The position numbers and the translations under genes were made by a program. 48,715 nt of DNA. Origin: Bacilli bacterium. Lineage in GTDB: Bacteria; Bacillota_I; Bacilli_A; RF39; UBA660. Below, piece by piece: positions 44,466-48,715 of this stretch. The stretch's first letter is position 1. Each line of letters starts with the position of its first letter. The notes below the pieces were generated by a model. It did not search any database and was not told the DNA's origin. It saw only the letters and a list, made by a program, of their open reading frames with translations. The stretch covers positions 1-48,715 of the forward strand of contig SKJH01000043.1 of assembly GCA_007116005.1 (NCBI GenBank). The letters run 5' to 3'.

Positions 44466-44990
44466 ATGGAAATAAAAACTTTAGTAGTAGGAAAATTACA
44501 AACTAATTGTTATATTATATCTAATAATAATGAATGTCTTATTGTTGATCCAGGTGATGATTATGATTATATAATAAAAAATATCGATGGTATGAGACTT
44601 TTGGGTGTTTTAATTACTCATTATCATTATGATCACATAGGAGCGTTAGAAAAAATATTAAATGAGTATTCAGTTAAAGTGTACGATTCCAAGTTAAAAC
44701 ATAAAAATATAAACATATCTAATTTTAATTTTGAAATTATATATAATCCAGGACATAAAGAGGATTGTGTTAGTTTTTATTTTGAAAAAGAGGAACTGTT
44801 ATTTAGTGGGGATTTTATATTTAAAAATACTATTGGTAGAACTGACCTTGATGGTGGGGATTATAGTGATATGATTAAAAGTATAGAAATGATAAAAAAA
44901 TATCCAAACGATACTATAATATATCCGGGCCATGGTTTAGCAACAAACCTTGGGTATGAAGTAGAATATAATGAATATTTTAAAATATAG
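44466..44990 (+). CDS. MBL-fold metallo-hydrolase (compact, glyoxalase II-like)
   Basis: HYHYDHIG (HxHxDH), downstream His (NPGHK), Asp (SGD) and His (PGHG) ligands. Confidence 0.8.
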   Translation: MEIKTLVVGKLQTNCYIISNNNECLIVDPGDDYDYIIKNIDGMRLLGVLITHYHYDHIGALEKILNEYSVKVYDSKLKHKNINISNFNFEIIYNPGHKEDCVSFYFEKEELLFSGDFIFKNTIGRTDLDGGDYSDMIKSIEMIKKYPNDTIIYPGHGLATNLGYEVEYNEYFKI

Positions 44991-44995
44991 AACTT

Positions 44996-45021
44996 AAAAA
45001 AGAGATTTATAATCTCTTTTT
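44996..45021. terminator. bidirectional terminator between convergent genes
   Basis: AGAGATT-TAT-AATCTCT flanked by A6 and T5. Confidence 0.65.
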
Positions 45022-45901
45022 AATATTTTTGTTTAATTAATGTATCAGAATAATTTCTTTTTTTCTTAACTAGTGAGTTCAAACTTGTAACTATGAATGC
45101 TCCAAATAATAACGCTATTAAACTAGTAACCGAAGTTATAAAATCATGTTCTGTACTAAATGGAATAATTATAATTGAACTTGCTAATATTAATCCTAAT
45201 ATAAAACTTAATGTATTTCCTTTATGTTTTCTAAGTAAGAAACTAGTTATTTTAGCACTTATTACAACTCCTAGTAGTATACCAATTCCAATAAATATTA
45301 CAGGAATAATTATATCAGATCTAAATGTTAAAATATTTGCTATATAGCTTTTATATAAATAATATTGTCCTATTATAAGCAAAAGCATTGCGCCACTTAA
45401 TCCTGGGAATATTGTTGCAGCACCTGATATAAACCCAACGGTTATTAATGTCAATAAGTGAAGTAATGTAAGGTCAGGGAAATCTCTAATTACTGTTACA
45501 TTATCATTTTTTGAAAATACATATAGAAGTCCTATTAATATTATTCCAAGAAGCGACCAAAATTTATTGATTTTTACTTTCTTCATTTCATTTTCAATAA
45601 ATATTGGAATACTACATAAAATCATTCCAGCAAACCAAGCTATTGTTTGGGTTGGAATATATTTAAATAAAATTTCTAAAAATCCTGCAAACCCTATTAG
45701 TCCTATTAATACACCAACAGCTACTTGAAATAGAAATATAATATTTTCTTTTTTATTTTTTGTTTTCTTTTTAAATACATCAGAAATTGCATTCATTAAT
45801 TTATCAAGGTATCCTAATAACAAAATTATTGTTCCGCCGCTTACACCGGGAACAGTATTAACAATCCCTACTAACATCCCCGCTATTATATTGTTTTTCA
45901 T
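45020..45901 (-). CDS. DUF368 family membrane protein (family reported as undecaprenyl-phosphate translocase)
   Basis: Duplicated VPGVSGGTIILLLG / FPGLSGAMLLLIIGQY motifs typical of DUF368. About 8 TM segments. Confidence 0.7.
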   Translation of the reverse strand: MKNNIIAGMLVGIVNTVPGVSGGTIILLLGYLDKLMNAISDVFKKKTKNKKENIIFLFQVAVGVLIGLIGFAGFLEILFKYIPTQTIAWFAGMILCSIPIFIENEMKKVKINKFWSLLGIILIGLLYVFSKNDNVTVIRDFPDLTLLHLLTLITVGFISGAATIFPGLSGAMLLLIIGQYYLYKSYIANILTFRSDIIIPVIFIGIGILLGVVISAKITSFLLRKHKGNTLSFILGLILASSIIIIPFSTEHDFITSVTSLIALLFGAFIVTSLNSLVKKKRNYSDTLIKQKY

Positions 45902-46020
45902 TCTTTATCCATCCTTTATGATACAATTATATAAAATATACAAATATATTACAATAACACTTTACATTATTAATAATATTATATGTTATAATATATATGA
46001 TGTATTGAGGTGATAGTATT

Positions 46021-46197
46021 GTGAAAAAATTTAATTCTTCTAAAATTTCATTCACTGGATTGGGAATCATATTTGGAAGTGCAATAGGTTCTATGTTAAG
46101 TTTAATTATAACAGGTTCTGTTATATGGGGATTGATAGGTACTTCAACAGGATTAATAATAGGAGCATGTATAGATAGTTATAAAAATAAAAGTTAG
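46021..46197 (+). CDS. 58-aa glycine-zipper membrane protein (not in ORF track)
   Basis: GAGGTGATAGTATT-GTG start. Translation VKKFNSSKISFTGLGIIFGSAIGSMLSLIITGSVIWGLIGTSTGLIIGACIDSYKNKS. Upstream TGtTATAAT at 45984-45992. Confidence 0.4.
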   Translation: MKKFNSSKISFTGLGIIFGSAIGSMLSLIITGSVIWGLIGTSTGLIIGACIDSYKNKS

Positions 46198-46227
46198 TAC
46201 ATAATATAAAAGTGTGTTATAATATTG

Positions 46228-46445
46228 TTATTAAAGATGATGACGAAAGAGTAGTAATAAATTATTATTTTAAGAGAGTTGATGGTTGGTGTGAATCAAT
46301 ATTAAGAATTTATGAATTCACTTTCTGAGTTTTATATCACAAAAGATATAACGTGTTCCACGTTACGGATTTGAGTGCATAGGAAACTATGAATTAAGGT
46401 GGTACCGCGTATTAACGTCCTTGTTTTTAACAGGGCGTTTTTTTG
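46228..46445 (+). promoter_or_regulatory. T-box leader (tRNA-Phe specific) with terminator
   Basis: Preceded by TGtTATAAT (46215-46223). Specifier loop reads GAAUUC-A, with UUC at 46317-46319. T-box AATTAAGGTGGTACCGCG at 46392-46409. Terminator ACGTCCTTG..CAGGGCGT plus T7 at 46413-46445. Confidence 0.85.
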
Positions 46446-46507
46446 AAAGGGGTTATAAAATGTTATAAAAAAAAGCTGTACTTATAATTCATGGATTTGG
46501 TGGTGGA

Positions 46508-47194
46508 ATGTGGGAAACAGAATATCTTCATAATTATTTGGAATTTAATAATAATTATGATGTATACGGATTTACATTACCAGGTCATGAAAAAACAATT
46601 GTTAAAGCAGTTAAGTATGATGAATGGATAGATGCTTCAAAAGAAAAGATAGATAAATTAATAACTAAGTACAAAACAATTTATATAATAGGTCATAGTA
46701 TGGGTGGAGTTATAGCAGCCTATTTAGCGTCTTGTTATAAGGGAGTAAAAAAACTAGTCCTTTTAGCACCTGCATTCTCATATGGTAATTTTGATCAAAA
46801 TAAATTGGACTTAAAAAAAAGAATATTAAATAATAAAGAATATAAAGAAAAATATGTTGAAGAAATTTATAATGATTTGTTATCTAAAATTCTTGTAGTC
46901 CCCATATCAAGTGTTTTAGAATTTGCAAAATTAGTAAAAGAACATAATGCATGTACAGAAAATATAAGTTGTCCTGTATTAATAATGCATGGTAAAGAAG
47001 ATGAAATTATACCTTTAGAAACATCTAAAGATGTATATGATAAAATAAAAAGTAATGATAAACACTTAACTTTTATTAATCATACAAAACATCGTATATT
47101 AATTAGTAATAAAAAAGAAGAAGTTAGTGAATATATTAATTGTTTTTTAAAAGGAGGATTAAAATGGAAAAACAAGAAAAAATCAGAAATATAA
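46508..47194 (+). CDS. alpha/beta-hydrolase carboxylesterase (Est/YvaK-like); 5' end anomalous (see findings)
   Basis: Nucleophile elbow GHSMGG, a late Asp (GKEDEII) and His (HTKHRIL). The conserved KKAVLIIHGFGG strand/oxyanion motif is encoded in frame upstream of the first ATG (46469-46507), behind an ATG-TTA-TAA. Confidence 0.65.
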   Translation: MWETEYLHNYLEFNNNYDVYGFTLPGHEKTIVKAVKYDEWIDASKEKIDKLITKYKTIYIIGHSMGGVIAAYLASCYKGVKKLVLLAPAFSYGNFDQNKLDLKKRILNNKEYKEKYVEEIYNDLLSKILVVPISSVLEFAKLVKEHNACTENISCPVLIMHGKEDEIIPLETSKDVYDKIKSNDKHLTFINHTKHRILISNKKEEVSEYINCFLKGGLKWKNKKKSEI

Positions 47195-48216
47195 GTGAAA
47201 AGTTTTATAGTGATATAAAGAATGTGGGAAGTTTAAATGAATTAAATGAATTAAGAATTTTATACTTAGGTAAAAAAAGTGAATTACAAAATTTAGGTTC
47301 TCTTATGAGAGAATTAGAACCTGAACAAAGAAAAGAGTTTGGAAAAAGTTTAAATGAATTGAGACTTAATTTTGAGTCTCAAATTGAAGAATTAAGAAAT
47401 AAATTAGAAATAGAAGAATTAAATAAAAAACTTGATAAAGAAAAAATAGATGTAACTTTACCTGCTACTAAGATATCTATAGGTGGAGTACATCCTATTA
47501 CAAAAGTTATAGATGAAATTAGTGAATTATTCATTTCTATGGGTTATGATTTGGTAGAAGGGCCAGAAATAGAAAGTGATTTATATAATTTTGAACTACT
47601 AAATTTACCAAAAGGACATCCTGCAAGGGATACTCAAGATAGTTTTTATATTACAGAAGAGATGCTACTTAGAACACAAACATCTCCTGTACAAGCTAGA
47701 ACTATGCTAGAAAATGAAGAAAAAACTCCTATAAGAATTATATGTCCGGGTAAAACATATAGAAAAGATGATGATGATGCTACACATTCACATCAATTTA
47801 CTCAAATAGAAGGCCTTGTAGTAGATGAGGATATATCTATGGCAGATTTAAAGGGGACTTTAGAAATAATTGCAAAAAAAATATTTGGTAGTAATAGAGA
47901 AGTAAGATTTAGACCTAGTTATTTTCCGTTTACAGAACCAAGTATAGAAGTTGATGTAAGTTGTTTTAAGTGTGGAAAAGAAGGGTGTTCAATTTGTAAA
48001 AATACTGGATGGATTGAAATATTAGGTGCTGGTATGGTTCATCCTAATGTGCTTGAAATGTGTGGGTATGATTCAAATAAATATACTGGTTTTGCATTTG
48101 GTATGGGTCCTGAAAGAATAGCAATGTTGAAATATGGTATCAATGATATTAGAAATTTTTATACAAATGATATTAGGTTTTTAAAACAATTTGATAGAAC
48201 AGAAGGTGATTTATAA
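47164..48216 (+). CDS. pheS: phenylalanyl-tRNA synthetase alpha subunit
   Basis: Class II motifs ([31 protein letters not shown]). ATG at 47164 after AAAGGAGGA. The ORF-track start at 47140 was rejected. Confidence 0.93.
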   Translation: MEKQEKIRNISEKFYSDIKNVGSLNELNELRILYLGKKSELQNLGSLMRELEPEQRKEFGKSLNELRLNFESQIEELRNKLEIEELNKKLDKEKIDVTLPATKISIGGVHPITKVIDEISELFISMGYDLVEGPEIESDLYNFELLNLPKGHPARDTQDSFYITEEMLLRTQTSPVQARTMLENEEKTPIRIICPGKTYRKDDDDATHSHQFTQIEGLVVDEDISMADLKGTLEIIAKKIFGSNREVRFRPSYFPFTEPSIEVDVSCFKCGKEGCSICKNTGWIEILGAGMVHPNVLEMCGYDSNKYTGFAFGMGPERIAMLKYGINDIRNFYTNDIRFLKQFDRTEGDL

Positions 48217-48715
48217 TGAGAGTTAGTACTAATTGGTTAAAAGATTATGTTGATATAGATGTAACTTTAAATGAACTTGCAGATAAAATGTTACAAGTTG
48301 GTAATGAAGTAGAAAGTTTATCAAAAATTAGTGATTCTTCTATGTTGGTTGTTGGATATGTAGTAAATAGAGAAAATCATCCTGATTCTGGTCATCTTAA
48401 TATATGTGATGTTAATTTAGGTGATGAAGTGAAAAGGATAGTTTGTGGGGCATCTAATGTTGATGCGGGACAAAAAGTAATTGTAGCGCTTCCAGGTGCT
48501 AAATTACCTAATGGAATTGAAATAAAAAAGGTAACAATTAGAGGTGTAGAATCAAATGGTATGATTTGTGCATTAGAAGAACTTGGTATAGAATCAAAAT
48601 ATATTCCTGAAGCTAGTAAGGGAGGTATTCATGTTTTAGATTCTGATGCACTTGTTGGATGTGATGCTTTAAAATATCTTTGTTATGATGATAGTGTTAT
48701 AGAATATGAATTAAC
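48216..48715 (+). CDS. pheT: phenylalanyl-tRNA synthetase beta subunit (5' partial; runs off the window)
   Basis: TAATG overlap with pheS. Translation [13 protein letters not shown]... followed by the tRNA-binding OB domain (HPDSGHLNICDVNLG..VCGASNV..VESNGMICA). Confidence 0.9.
   Translation, partial: MRVSTNWLKDYVDIDVTLNELADKMLQVGNEVESLSKISDSSMLVVGYVVNRENHPDSGHLNICDVNLGDEVKRIVCGASNVDAGQKVIVALPGAKLPNGIEIKKVTIRGVESNGMICALEELGIESKYIPEASKGGIHVLDSDALVGCDALKYLCYDDSVIEYEL

Noticed and set aside
1-48715. Scan for CRISPR arrays, tRNA/rRNA genes, IS elements or transposases, toxin-antitoxin pairs and known defence-system signatures
   Set aside because: None was recognised by eye. The only repeats are the tandem T-box duplication and a short (TA)7 tract. 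A computational scan (tRNAscan-SE, ISEScan, DefenseFinder/PADLOC) is needed to confirm their absence.

Overview
Very AT-rich chromosomal segment from an endospore-forming Firmicute. Gene order repeats several Bacillus subtilis blocks: asnS ... cca-dnaD-nth-ponA-recU/gpsB-rnpB, rodZ-like-pgsA-recA-rny, and der ... spoIVA ... hbs. Most of the window is core housekeeping: aminoacyl-tRNA synthetases asnS and pheST, rluB, thiI, ackA, nrnA, engB, der, HU, cca, dnaD, nth, PBP1A, recU, gpsB, RNase P RNA, pgsA, recA and RNase Y. Sporulation genes are interspersed: dacB-spmA-spmB, yunB, an alpha/beta SASP, spoVIF, a YjcZ-like micropeptide missing from the ORF track, and spoIVA. Three T-box leaders are readable directly: two near-identical Asn-specific leaders in tandem before asnB-asnS, and one Phe-specific leader before an esterase-pheST unit. 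The most unusual content is a roughly 10.4 kb block between spoIVA and the HU gene. It holds a divergent phosphogluco/phosphomannomutase, a 2564-aa multidomain cyclic beta-1,2-glucan synthase-like protein (membrane GT84 + glucoamylase-like domain + GH94 phosphorylase), and a translationally coupled glucose-6-phosphate isomerase. I found no CRISPR array, tRNA/rRNA gene, transposase, integrase or recognisable defence system. Many ORF-track starts (GTG/TTG) sit upstream of a better SD+ATG and were trimmed. All long antisense ORFs inside strong genes were rejected. All homology calls come from motif recognition by eye, not from database searches.
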